A stretch of 64,000 nt of DNA, taken from positions 1 through 64,000 of the forward strand of contig CBFFRP010000126.1 of NCBI GenBank assembly GCA_965644295.1. Reading direction: 5' to 3'. Each line of letters opens with the position of its first letter. Position 1 is the stretch's first letter. This document shows, piece after piece, positions 1 to 12,901 of this stretch. The stretch is from Paraphysomonas bandaiensis. Its lineage: Eukaryota; Protista; Chrysophyceae. A model generated the notes under the pieces. That model made no database searches and was not told the origin of the DNA. It worked only from the letters and a program-made list of their open reading frames with translations. A program made the position numbers and the translations under genes.

Positions 1-3000
1 GCAGTATGATTTGTGTGATCTTGCATATATTGATAGTTTTGAATTTGTGTAGTGATGAGTCCGGAAGGGAATATCATGTATCTGTGGCATTGGAGTGTGA
101 GGTGAAGAAGTCCTTGTGTAGCGGGAATCAGGTATGATTGGTGTGATTGTGTATCATGTTATCTGTTTGATTGGATAGCGTATGGGTGATCTTGTGAGTG
201 CAATGAAATGTTAACCGCAATGCTTTGTCTTGATCATCGATGATGTCAAATGATTGTATTTGAGCACTTGTATTATCAGTAGTACCCATATGCCGCTTCT
301 GTGTGTATGGGTGAAGCAGTATGATTTGTGTGATCTTGCATATATTGATAGTTTTGAATTTGTGTAGTGATGAGTCCGGAAGGGAATATCATGTATCTGT
401 GGCATTGGAGTGTGAGGTGAAGAAGTCCTTGTGTAGCGGGAATCAGGTATGATTGGTGTGATTGTGTATCATGTTATCTGTTTGATTGGATAGCGTATGG
501 GTGATCTTGTGAGTGCAATGAAATGTTAACCGCAATGCTTTGTCTTGATCATCGATGATGTCAAATGATCGTATTTGAGCACTTGTATTATCAGTAATAC
601 CCATATGTCGCTTCTGTGTGTATGGGTGAACAGTATGATTTGTGTGATCTTGCATATATTGATAGTTTTGAATTTGTGTAGTGATGAGTCCGGAAGGGAA
701 TATCATGTATCTGTGGCATTGGAGTGTGAGGTGAAGAAGTCCTTGTGTAGCGGGAATCAGGTATGATTGGTGTGATTGTGTATCATGTTATCTGTTTGAT
801 TGGATAGCGTATGGGTGATCTTGTGAGTGCAATGAAATGTTAACCGCAATGCTTTGTCTTGATCATCGATGATGTCAAATGATTGTATTTGAGCACTTGT
901 ATTATCAGTAATACCCATATGTCGCTTCTGTGTGTATGGGTGAAGCAGTATGATTTGTGTGATCTTGCATATATTGATAGTTTTGAATTTGTGTAGTGAT
1001 GAGTCCGGAAGGGAATATCATGTATCTGTGGCATTGGAGTGTGAGGTGAAGAAGTCCTTGTGTAGCGGGAATCAGGTATGATTGGTGTGATTGTGTATCA
1101 TGTTATCTGTTTGATTGGATAGCGTATGGGTGATCTTGTGAGTGCAATGAAATGTTAACCGCAATGCTTTGTCTTGATCATCGATGATGTCAAATGATTG
1201 TATTTGAGCACTTGTATTATCAGTAATACCCATATGTCGCTTCTGTGTGTATGGGTGAACAGTATGATTTGTGTGATCTTGCATATATTGATAGTTTTGA
1301 ATTTGTGTAGTGATGAGTCCGGAAGGGAATATCATGTATCTGTGGCATTGGAGTGTGAGGTGAAGAAGTCCTTGTGTAGCGGGAATCAGGTATGATTGGT
1401 GTGATTGTGTATCATGTTATCTGTTTGATTGGATAGCGTATGGGTGATCTTGTGAGTGCAATGAAATGTTAACCGCAATGCTTTGTCTTGATCATCGATG
1501 ATGTCAAATGATTGTATTTGAGCACTTGTATTATCAGTAATACCCATATGTCGCTTCTGTGTGTATGGGTGAAGCAGTATGATTTGTGTGATCTTGCATA
1601 TATTGATAGTTTTGAATTTGTGTAGTGATGAGTCCGGAAGGGAATATCATGTATCTGTGGCATTGGAGTGTGAGGTGAAGAAGTCCTTGTGTAGCGGGAA
1701 TCAGGTATGATTGGTGTGATTGTGTATCATGTTATCTGTTTGATTGGATAGCGTATGGGTGATCTTGTGAGTGCAATGAAATGTTAACCGCAATGCTTTG
1801 TCTTGATCATCGATGATGTCAAATGATTGTATTTGAGCACTTGTATTATCAGTAGTACCCATATGCCGCTTCTGTGTGTATGGGTGAAGCAGTATGATTT
1901 GTGTGATCTTGCATATATTGATAGTTTTGAATTTGTGTAGTGATGAGTCCGGAAGGGAATATCATGTATCTGTGGCATTGGAGTGTGAGGTGAAGAAGTC
2001 CTTGTGTAGCGGGAATCAGGTATGATTGGTGTGATTGTGTATCATGTTATCTGTTTGATTGGATAGCGTATGGGTGATCTTGTGAGTGCAATGAAATGTT
2101 AACCGCAATGCTTTGTCTTGATCATCGATGATGTCAAATGATTGTATTTGAGCACTTGTATTATCAGTAATACCCATATGTCGCTTCTGTGTGTATGGGT
2201 GAACAGTATGATTTGTGTGATCTTGCATATATTGATAGTTTTGAATTTGTGTAGTGATGAGTCCGGAAGGGAATATCATGTATCTGTGGCATTGGAGTGT
2301 GAGGTGAAGAAGTCCTTGTGTAGCGGGAATCAGGTATGATTGGTGTGATTGTGTATCATGTTATCTGTTTGATTGGATAGCGTATGGGTGATCTTGTGAG
2401 TGCAATGAAATGTTAACCGCAATGCTTTGTCTTGATCATCGATGATGTCAAATGATTGTATTTGAGCACTTGTATTATCAGTAATACCCAAATGTCGATT
2501 CTGTGTGTATGGGTGAGCAGTATGATTTGTGTGATCTTGCATATATTGATAGTTTTGAATTTGTGTAGTGATGAGTCCGGAAGGGAATATCATGTATCTG
2601 TGGCATTGGAGTGTGAGGTGAAGAAGTCCTTGTGTAGCGGGAATCAGGTATGATTGGTGTGATTGTGTATCATGTTATCTGTTTGATTGGATAGCGTATG
2701 GGTGATCTTGTGAGTGCAATGAAATGTTAACCGCAATGCTTTGTCTTGATCATCGATGATGTCAAATGATTGTATTTGAGCACTTGTATTATCAGTAATA
2801 CCCATATGTCGCTTCTGTGTGTATGGGCGAACAGTATGATTTGTGTGATCTTGCATATATTGATAGTTTTGAATTTGTGTAGTGATGAGTCCGGAAGGGA
2901 ATATCATGTATCTGTGGCATTGGAGTGTGAGGTGAAGAAGTCCTTGTGTAGCGGGAATCAGGTATGATTGGTGTGATTGTGTATCATGTTATCTGTTTGA

Positions 3001-6000
3001 TTGGATAGCGTATGGGTGATCTTGTGAGTGCAATGAAATGTTAACCGCAATGCTTTGTCTTGATCATCGATGATGTCAAATGATCGTATTTGAGCACTTG
3101 TATTATCAGTAATACCCATATGTCGATTCTGTGTGTATGGGTGAACAGTATGATTTGTGTGATCTTGCATATATTGATAGTTTTGAATTTGTGTAGTGAT
3201 GAGTCCGGAAGGGAATATCATGTATCTGTGGCATTGGAGTGTGAGGTGAAGAAGTCCTTGTGTAGCGGGAATCAGGTATGATTGGTGTGATTGTGTATCA
3301 TGTTATCTGTTTGATTGGATAGCGTATGGGTGATCTTGTGAGTGCAATGAAATGTTAACCGCAATGCTTTGTCTTGATCATCGATGATGTCAAATGATTG
3401 TATTTGAGCACTTGATTTGTGTGATCTTGCATATATTGATAGTTTTGAATTTGTGTAGTGATGAGTCCGGAAGGGAATATCATGTATCTGTGGCATTGGA
3501 GTGTGAGGTGAAGAAGTCCTTGTGTAGCGGGAATCAGGTATGATTGGTGTGATTGTGTATCATGTTATCTGTTTGATTGGATAGCGTATGGGTGATCTTG
3601 TGAGTGCAATGAAATGTTAACCGCAATGCTTTGTCTTGATCATCGATGATGTCAAATGATTGTATTTGAGCACTTGTATTATCAGTAATACCCATATGTC
3701 GATTCTGTGTGTATGGGCGAACAGTATGATTTGTGTGATCTTGCATATATTGATAGTTTTGAATTTGTGTAGTGATGAGTCCGGAAGGGAATATCATGTA
3801 TCTGTGGCATTGGAGTGTGAGGTGAAGAAGTCCTTGTGTAGCGGGAATCAGGTATGATTGGTGTGATTGTGTATCATGTTATCTGTTTGATTGGATAGCG
3901 TATGGGTGATCTTGTGAGTGCAATGAAATGTTAACCGCAATGCTTTGTCTTGATCATCGATGATGTCAAATGATCGTATTTGAGCACTTGTATTATCAGT
4001 AATACCCATATGTCGCTTCTGTGTGTATGGGCGAACAGTATGATTTGTGTGATCTTGCATATATTGATAGTTTTGAATTTGTGTAGTGATGAGTCCGGAA
4101 GGGAATATCATGTATCTGTGGCATTGGAGTGTGAGGTGAAGAAGTCCTTGTGTAGCGGGAATCAGGTATGATTGGTGTGATTGTGTATCATGTTATCTGT
4201 TTGATTGGATAGCGTATGGGTGATCTTGTGAGTGCAATGAAATGTTAACCGCAATGCTTTGTCTTGATCATCGATGATGTCAAATGATTGTATTTGAGCA
4301 CTTGTATTATCAGTAATACCCATATGTCGCTTCTGTGTGTATGGGCGAACAGTATGATTTGTGTGATCTTGCATATATTGATAGTTTTGAATTTGTGTAG
4401 TGATGAGTCCGGAAGGGAATATCATGTATCTGTGGCATTGGAGTGTGAGGTGAAGAAGTCCTTGTGTAGCGGGAATCAGGTATGATTGGTGTGATTGTGT
4501 ATCATGTTATCTGTTTGATTGGATAGCGTATGGGTGATCTTGTGAGTGCAATGAAATGTTAACCGCAATGCTTTGTCTTGATCATCGATGATGTCAAATG
4601 ATCGTATTTGAGCACTTGTATTATCAGTAATACCCATATGTCGATTCTGTGTGTATGGGCGAACAGTATGATTTGTGTGATCTTGCATATATTGATAGTT
4701 TTGAATTTGTGTAGTGATGAGTCCGGAAGGGAATATCATGTATCTGTGGCATTGGAGTGTGAGGTGAAGAAGTCCTTGTGTAGCGGGAATCAGGTATGAT
4801 TGGTGTGATTGTGTATCATGTTATCTGTTTGATTGGATAGCGTATGGGTGATCTTGTGAGTGCAATGAAATGTTAACCGCAATGCTTTGTCTTGATCATC
4901 GATGATGTCAAATGATTGTATTTGAGCACTTGTATTATCAGTAATACCCATATGTCGATTCTGTGTGTATGGGCGAACAGTATGATTTGTGTGATCTTGC
5001 ATATATTGATAGTTTTGAATTTGTGTAGTGATGAGTCCGGAAGGGAATATCATGTATCTGTGGCATTGGAGTGTGAGGTGAAGAAGTCCTTGTGTAGCGG
5101 GAATCAGGTATGATTGGTGTGATTGTGTATCATGTTATCTGTTTGATTGGATAGCGTATGGGTGATCTTGTGAGTGCAATGAAATGTTAACCGCAATGCT
5201 TTGTCTTGATCATCGATGATGTCAAATGATCGTATTTGAGCACTTGTATTATCAGTAATACCCATATGTCGATTCTGTGTGTATGGGCGAACAGTATGAT
5301 TTGTGTGATCTTGCATATATTGATAGTTTTGAATTTGTGTAGTGATGAGTCCGGAAGGGAATATCATGTATCTGTGGCATTGGAGTGTGAGGTGAAGAAG
5401 TCCTTGTGTAGCGGGAATCAGGTATGATTGGTGTGATTGTGTATCATGTTATCTGTTTGATTGGATAGCGTATGGGTGATCTTGTGAGTGCAATGAAATG
5501 TTAACCGCAATGCTTTGTCTTGATCATCGATGATGTCAAATGATTGTATTTGAGCACTTGTATTATCAGTAATACCCATATGTCGATTCTGTGTGTATGG
5601 GCGAACAGTATGATTTGTGTGATCTTGCATATATTGATAGTTTTGAATTTGTGTAGTGATGAGTCCGGAAGGGAATATCATGTATCTGTGGCATTGGAGT
5701 GTGAGGTGAAGAAGTCCTTGTGTAGCGGGAATCAGGTATGATTGGTGTGATTGTGTATCATGTTATCTGTTTGATTGGATAGCGTATGGGTGATCTTGTG
5801 AGTGCAATGAAATGTTAACCGCAATGCTTTGTCTTGATCATCGATGATGTCAAATGATCGTATTTGAGCACTTGTATTATCAGTAATACCCATATGTCGC
5901 TTCTGTGTGTATGGGCGAACAGTATGATTTGTGTGATCTTGCATATATTGATAGTTTTGAATTTGTGTAGTGATGAGTCCGGAAGGGAATATCATGTATC

Positions 6001-8233
6001 TGTGGCATTGGAGTGTGAGGTGAAGAAGTCCTTGTGTAGCGGGAATCAGGTATGATTGGTGTGATTGTGTATCATGTTATCTGTTTGATTGGATAGCGTA
6101 TGGGTGATCTTGTGAGTGCAATGAAATGTTAACCGCAATGCTTTGTCTTGATCATCGATGATGTCAAATGATCGTATTTGAGCACTTGTATTATCAGTAA
6201 TACCCATATGTCGATTCTGTGTGTATGGGCGAACAGTATGATTTGTGTGATCTTGCATATATTGATAGTTTTGAATTTGTGTAGTGATGAGTCCGGAAGG
6301 GAATATCATGTATCTGTGGCATTGGAGTGTGAGGTGAAGAAGTCCTTGTGTAGCGGGAATCAGGTATGATTGGTGTGATTGTGTATCATGTTATCTGTTT
6401 GATTGGATAACGTATGGGTGATCTTGTGAGTGCAATGAAATGTTAACCGCAATGCTTTGTCTTGATCATCGATGATGTCAAATGATTGTATTTGAGCACT
6501 TGTATTATCAGTAATACCCATATGTCGCTTCTGTGTGTATGGGCGAACAGTATGATTTGTGTGATCTTGCATATATTGATAGTTTTGAATTTGTGTAGTG
6601 ATGAGTCCGGAAGGGAATATCATGTATCTGTGGCATTGGAGTGTGAGGTGAAGAAGTCCTTGTGTAGCGGGAATCAGGTATGATTGGTGTGATTGTGTAT
6701 CATGTTATCTGTTTGATTGGATAGCGTATGGGTGATCTTGTGAGTGCAATGAAATGTTAACCGCAATGCTTTGTCTTGATCATCGATGATGTCAAATGAT
6801 TGTATTTGAGCACTTGTATTATCAGTAATACCCATATGTCGATTCTGTGTGTATGGGCGAACAGTATGATTTGTGTGATCTTGCATATATTGATAGTTTT
6901 GAATTTGTGTAGTGATGAGTCCGGAAGGGAATATCATGTATCTGTGGCATTGGAGTGTGAGGTGAAGAAGTCCTTGTGTAGCGGGAATCAGGTATGATTG
7001 GTGTGATTGTGTATCATGTTATCTGTTTGATTGGATAACGTATGGGTGATCTTGTGAGTGCAATGAAATGTTAACCGCAATGCTTTGTCTTGATCATCGA
7101 TGATGTCAAATGATTGTATTTGAGCACTTGTATTATCAGTAATACCCATATGTCGCTTCTGTGTGTATGGGCGAACAGTATGATTTGTGTGATCTTGCAT
7201 ATATTGATAGTTTTGAATTTGTGTAGTGATGAGTCCGGAAGGGAATATCATGTATCTGTGGCATTGGAGTGTGAGGTGAAGAAGTCCTTGTGTAGCGGGA
7301 ATCAGGTATGATTGGTGTGATTGTGTATCATGTTATCTGTTTGATTGGATAGCGTATGGGTGATCTTGTGAGTGCAATGAAATGTTAACCGCAATGCTTT
7401 GTCTTGATCATCGATGATGTCAAATGATTGTATTTGAGCACTTGTATTATCAGTAATACCCATATGTCGATTCTGTGTGTATGGGCGAACAGTATGATTT
7501 GTGTGATCTTGCATATATTGATAGTTTTGAATTTGTGTAGTGATGAGTCCGGAAGGGAATATCATGTATCTGTGGCATTGGAGTGTGAGGTGAAGAAGTC
7601 CTTGTGTAGCGGGAATCAGGTATGATTGGTGTGATTGTGTATCATGTTATCTGTTTAATTGGATAACGTATGGGTGATCTTGTGAGTGCAATGAAATGTT
7701 AACCGCAATGCTTTGTCTTGATCATCGATGATGTCAAATGATTGTATTTGAGCACTTGTATTATCAGTAATACCCATATGTCGCTTCTGTGTGTATGGGC
7801 GAACAGTATGATTTGTGTGATCTTGCATATATTGATAGTTTTGAATTTGTGTAGTGATGAGTCCGGAAGGGAATATCATGTATCTGTGGCATTGGAGTGT
7901 GAGGTGAAGAAGTCCTTGTGTAGCGGGAATCAGGTATGATTGGTGTGATTGTGTATCATGTTATCTGTTTGATTGGATAGCGTATGGGTGATCTTGTGAG
8001 TGCAATGAAATGTTAACCGCAATGCTTTGTCTTGATCATCGATGATGTCAAATGATTGTATTTGAGCACTTGTATTATCAGTAATACCCATATGTCGCTT
8101 CTGTGTGTATGGGTGAACAGTATGATTTGTGTGATCTTGCATATATTGATAGTTTTGAATTTGTGTAGTGATGAGTCCGGAAGGGAATATCATGTATCTG
8201 TGGCATTGGAGTGTGAGGTGAAGAAGTCCTTGT
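1..8233. repeat. 314/315-bp tandem satellite array, ~26 copies, truncated by window start
   Basis: The unit (gcagtatgatttgtgtgatcttgc...gtgtatgggYgaa) recurs every 314-315 bp with few SNPs. One unit near 3413 has a 52-bp deletion. The array stops abruptly after aagaagtccttgt at 8233. Confidence 0.99.
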
Positions 8234-8947
8234 ACTCATCAAGTGCAGGTCTCATCTCCATCGTGTAGTTAGGCTTCTTTCTCCCAGTGAATATTACACT
8301 TAGCTAGTGCAATTATAGGCACTCCGGATGATAGTTTTCTAATATGTCGTATATAAGATGCATAAAATACACCACGAAGCAGGCACTTCAATTGTCGAGT
8401 ATGTTGTTGCTCACGAAACTATATATTCTAGTCCTTGTAGCATAGACATAGTATATAATATATCAATCGGATACTATTATTCCGGATTGTAATAGTGACC
8501 ATTAATAAAAACCTATATTTCCGCAATTTTAATTACCTTCCCATTAATGGTTACCAGGGCCTGACCTATTGCACACTATGAACTCGCTTCAATTTTACAA
8601 TATATACGGAACTCAACATATACAGATTGATATCATTGGTTTACCAAATCAAAATGCAGAGAACTATGTAATATAATAGAGACAGTACTTCATAAAGAGG
8701 GATGCGATTCCAATTCCTTCATGCGTGCGTTTCTCAAACACAGCCACAACTACATAGTGTTGATAGTACAATACAAAAATATTCAATCAATTCACAATTA
8801 ATACGTATTTACGAAAGCAAACTTATCTGGTAACCCACATGAATCTATCAAATAACCTGTTGACTATAAATTTATCCCATAGAAATTCCACGCTTCCCTA
8901 ATTACGACATGGCACCCATTAACATGAAGCACGACGAATATAAAGAG

Positions 8948-11900
8948 CTATTCCGATAATGTCGATAACTCTTCTCGCACCCTCGCAAGCATATTATCAA
9001 CTTCTGTATATGTGGCAGCAAAATTCTTCATATATGACGGCACATCAGTCGCAGTTTGGTTCTCTTTGGGTGTCTCAGGTATATCACGACCCTCCAGTTC
9101 TAAGCATACAAATAATGTAATAAAATGAGAACAATGCGCAGCCAACTTCACCTTTCAACACGAATCGAGAAACAGCAAGACTATTCAAAGCATGTCTGTG
9201 ATTTCGTTTGGTAGAAGTCAAGTCGTTTAGATCCTGGAGCAGTTGTTGAAGGTTGTCTAAGGCACTATTCCCACTGTTACTCTCTACTTCATCCGACGGG
9301 CGCTCAGTCAACTTGCTACTCTGGTTTCTGTGTTGTGCGCCTTCTAAGAGAGCTGCCTACAGTATGTTCAGCGTCTCAGTACAATAGAATAGTAAGGTCA
9401 CTACAATTCGTAGAATATGAAAAAAAGCATATGCGTATTAGCTCTGAAAATGTAACAATATTCACACCAGGGCTATTCCTCGTTCACGCAGTTCCACCAT
9501 CTCTTGTTCCATATCTTCTGCCCGGGTTGCCAAGTCAACTTTATCAGCCCTCGCCACGCGGAGATCAGAATTAAGGCGCTCGATCTCTCCTTGCTGAGAA
9601 ATTACCCTCTCCGCCAACCTACAGTGATAAACAGTACGACCGTGTATCAATATATATACTATACAGTGGTTAACGCCCACATACGTGCCCCATACCTCTG
9701 TTCGCATGCAACCTTGGCTCTCAACTCACACTTTATACTTTCGAGTTCACTGACAAAAATTATCAGCTCATACATTCTGCAATATTGGTCGTATAGTATA
9801 ACCAGTACGCAGATAATAGGTTCGCCACAAGGCATGAAAATATGATTAACTAACCTGAGTGTCGACTTTAGAGTCGATATTGGAACTGTTCCATTGACTC
9901 TGGCTTCCTTTGCTTCAGCACCATCCTCTCCTTCATTAGCCCCAAAATCCAGTCGACTTAGCAACACATCAATATCTTCGAAATCAAAGCACTCCCATGG
10001 AATTTCCACGACAACTTTATCTCGTTCAAGGTCGCTACTCTTTTTATCTCTGTCTTTGCCAGAAGCAGCAGTCCAACTACCACTTACACCTAATCTAGCA
10101 GTAGAAGGAGTGTTGGTAGGCGGGGTGTTAGTTCCTGCCGGAAAAGTGGGCGACATAGCTGGAGATGGGGTTGGAGATACAGACAGCCGCTGCTTCGGAC
10201 GAGGTGTAGCCTTGGGAGTCAAATTTCCTTGTTCTTCTGCATCGACCGGCTCACTGTCATCCGACCATGATTCCCGTTGACTAGACATACTCCCGTTTCT
10301 GTTTTTAAATGATTTCAACCCATTGGACTCAGGGGCTGGTGGTGGTGGAGGAGTGACCACATCATTTTTAGAATTAAAAGTGTCGGTTTCACTTATAGGG
10401 GACATAGGAGGTGACGATACTGAAATAGCGGGATCATTTTCCTCGTCGGCAGGACGATGGACCCGGCGCAACAAGGTCACTCGTACCACGGACCCCACAG
10501 GAACCCGGAAGCTGTTTAGTCGAGCTCGAACTCTGCAACCAGTTATATTATAATACATACGTATATGTGTACTATATCATCTACATCTGCGCTCGATTTT
10601 AATATTAGTTGTGACCATTCAGAACGATGTAATGATTCTTAGTACACCAAAAGGTTGACACTCATTGAAACGCACCGTGAAAGTGGCCATCTGCTACAAT
10701 CATCCTTTTCTATCGCCACCAATACATCTCCAGGCCGAATTTCCCCAGACGCTTCAACAGAGAGCCCCCGAAGGATAATACCCTTTTGAACCGATTTAAC
10801 TGTGATGCGACGGCTTAACTACATATACCGCTGTTAGAGTTGTAGACGTCGAGAAGTGAATATATGTAAGATGTCCATAACCAAATGCATAAAACACAGC
10901 TACATTTTCAACTGTGAGCAGACGTGTCTCAGCAATCAACATTATGAAACAATACAGCGCAGTAATTAAACACACCAATGAGCATACACTTAATGCAGTT
11001 CGCATACAAAAACAGGTAAAGGGCAACAAACGACGGTAATATCAGACAACAAAAGAACTACATTGGAGCTATTACCGGGTCTTCCAGAACAACAATGCCA
11101 AGGCCGACCCCACCCTCCGCCTGCAAGACACAAGTAAACATCGAACAAAAACAAGCATTGAGTACTTCGATATAGATAATCCAGACCATTTCAACCCGAA
11201 GTGGGTAATACGTGATTGATAGTAAGCTGTAAGAACGATATCTCACCTTTTGTATGAGGGCTTCATACTCGATTTCATCGCATGATGCCTTCTCGTCCTC
11301 TTCTACTTGAAGGGCCATTAAGTGTGTGTATGCTTGATGAATATCATTGAACAGAGAAACGTCTCCACCTTTATCCGGATGTGCCTACATATACATCTAT
11401 ATATAACACTGATATCTTATATATGTGTGGTTACAACTGTACCTTAAGAGATAGTTTACGATATGTTCGAGTGATCACTTTCTGAGTTAATTTAACATCA
11501 GGAGCTATACCAAGTATGCTGCGATACTGTAATGGTGCTGCAGAGCGTCTCCTCTCTTCTTCATGCCATTTCGAAGCCTTTATAAGGGCTTTAAACCACT
11601 CTGTTTGAAGCTGTACACTACCCAAATCAATATATTCCGATGATTTTTTCCCTTCACATCGTATGCTTATTACGTGCTTCCTCTCATAATAACTTGTTTT
11701 TTGTATCTCAGCATTTTGCACAAATAACACCCCCTGACACATGCATATATAAGAAAACCGGACTGTACCTACACAACTATGCATATATATATATACGAAG
11801 ATATTTCTATATGTACTTTATACAGATATATTATATAGAAAGTACTATATTCACCTACTCACTTCATAGATATACACATACCTGAATTCCAACAGGCTCT

Positions 11901-12007
11901 TGTTGCTCCCGATCTAAATCCTGATAGTACGAAAACTGTTGACCTTCAAGCACACCCCATAGTTTGGTGAACTTTCTATATTTGAGTACGTGAATATACC
12001 CCTCCAT
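8948..12007 (-). CDS. Multi-exon PH + DnaJ (HPD) + PDZ-like protein with coiled-coil C-terminus
   Basis: The spliced reading gives a PH domain (MEGYIHVLKYRKFTKLWGVLEG...EWFKALIKA), a J-domain (YRSILGI...RTYRKLSLK/HPDKGGDVSLFNDIHQAY) and a PDZ-like segment (GVGLGIVV...GEIRPGDVLVAIE...VRVTLLR). Low-complexity and heptad-rich exons follow. Confidence 0.75.
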
Positions 12008-12901
12008 CCCGACAACTCTATATGTTTATGGCAAGGGCACAATGTGCTTGTTTATGAACTTTATGTAAAGCAGCTAACAATACATACAAACTGTATATAC
12101 TGCTGTATATATTCACCCACCTCAGAGACGAATACTGCTGTAGGCACAGTATATTGTCAGCATAAAAATATCCCAAATCTAGAAAAAAATATCCCTTTTT
12201 ATGTTTTTCGCGCAGTTAAGCAGGGCAGCTCTGCCTTTCCACTGTTGACGAGTAGGAATTCCAAGTGCACATGATTCTACTAATAGTGTGATGAGGATGA
12301 GAGCGAAGTATCATAGAAGTGGTGGGCATGTCTTCGATGATAAATGACACACCGTCGAGACTGTCACTGTCACCGTGGCCCAGCCCCTTGATTGATTACA
12401 ATTCGACTTTTACTCGACCTGAATCACTGAATCAGAGATCAGTCATGCTGTAGATAAAGCTTATTGCGATAATTGTGAGTGATATGTGCAAAGAAGGGGA
12501 CGTATGAAAGAGAAAGTCGTTTACAGCACAGAAGTAATGCACACACGCTTTACTGGTTATAAAGTTTTCGTCGAGGCTATCTATAGTATTTCATCTCAAA
12601 GGTCGATATATGTGTGCTGTATTCAGCTAAGTAGACACACATCATTATGCCTATATGGCTAGCGTAATAACTATCCATACAACGGACAAATAAGACCAGA
12701 GGTTTTACCACAGCTAACAGAGTGGTATATAAGAATAACATATAAGCTAACAAGGATGAAGGATGAATTCTTGCCGTAAAAATTAATTGTTTTATTTGGT
12801 GCTATACTATTTAAAAAAAGAGAGTAACTCCAACACATAGGGTGACTCCTTCTTCAGCGATAATAAACCAAATACCGCATATCCACATTTACTCCCCGCA
12901 T

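Noticed and set aside
48-80. Hammerhead-like string gtgatgagtccggaagggaa in each satellite unit (ribozyme satellites/retrozymes are of similar size)
   Set aside because: It has GUGAUGA rather than CUGAUGA, lacks the closing C-GAAA after stem II, and has no matching stems I/III. No CUGANGA core is present on either strand.
1-8233. CRISPR-like or rRNA/snRNA gene array
   Set aside because: No unique spacers, no cas genes, and no recognisable 5S, tRNA, snRNA or spliced-leader motifs in the unit.
211-8268. Dozens of repeated 63-87-aa ORFs in the satellite
   Set aside because: They are by-products of the repeat: present on both strands, frames switch with 1-bp unit indels, and no domain or splice structure is evident.
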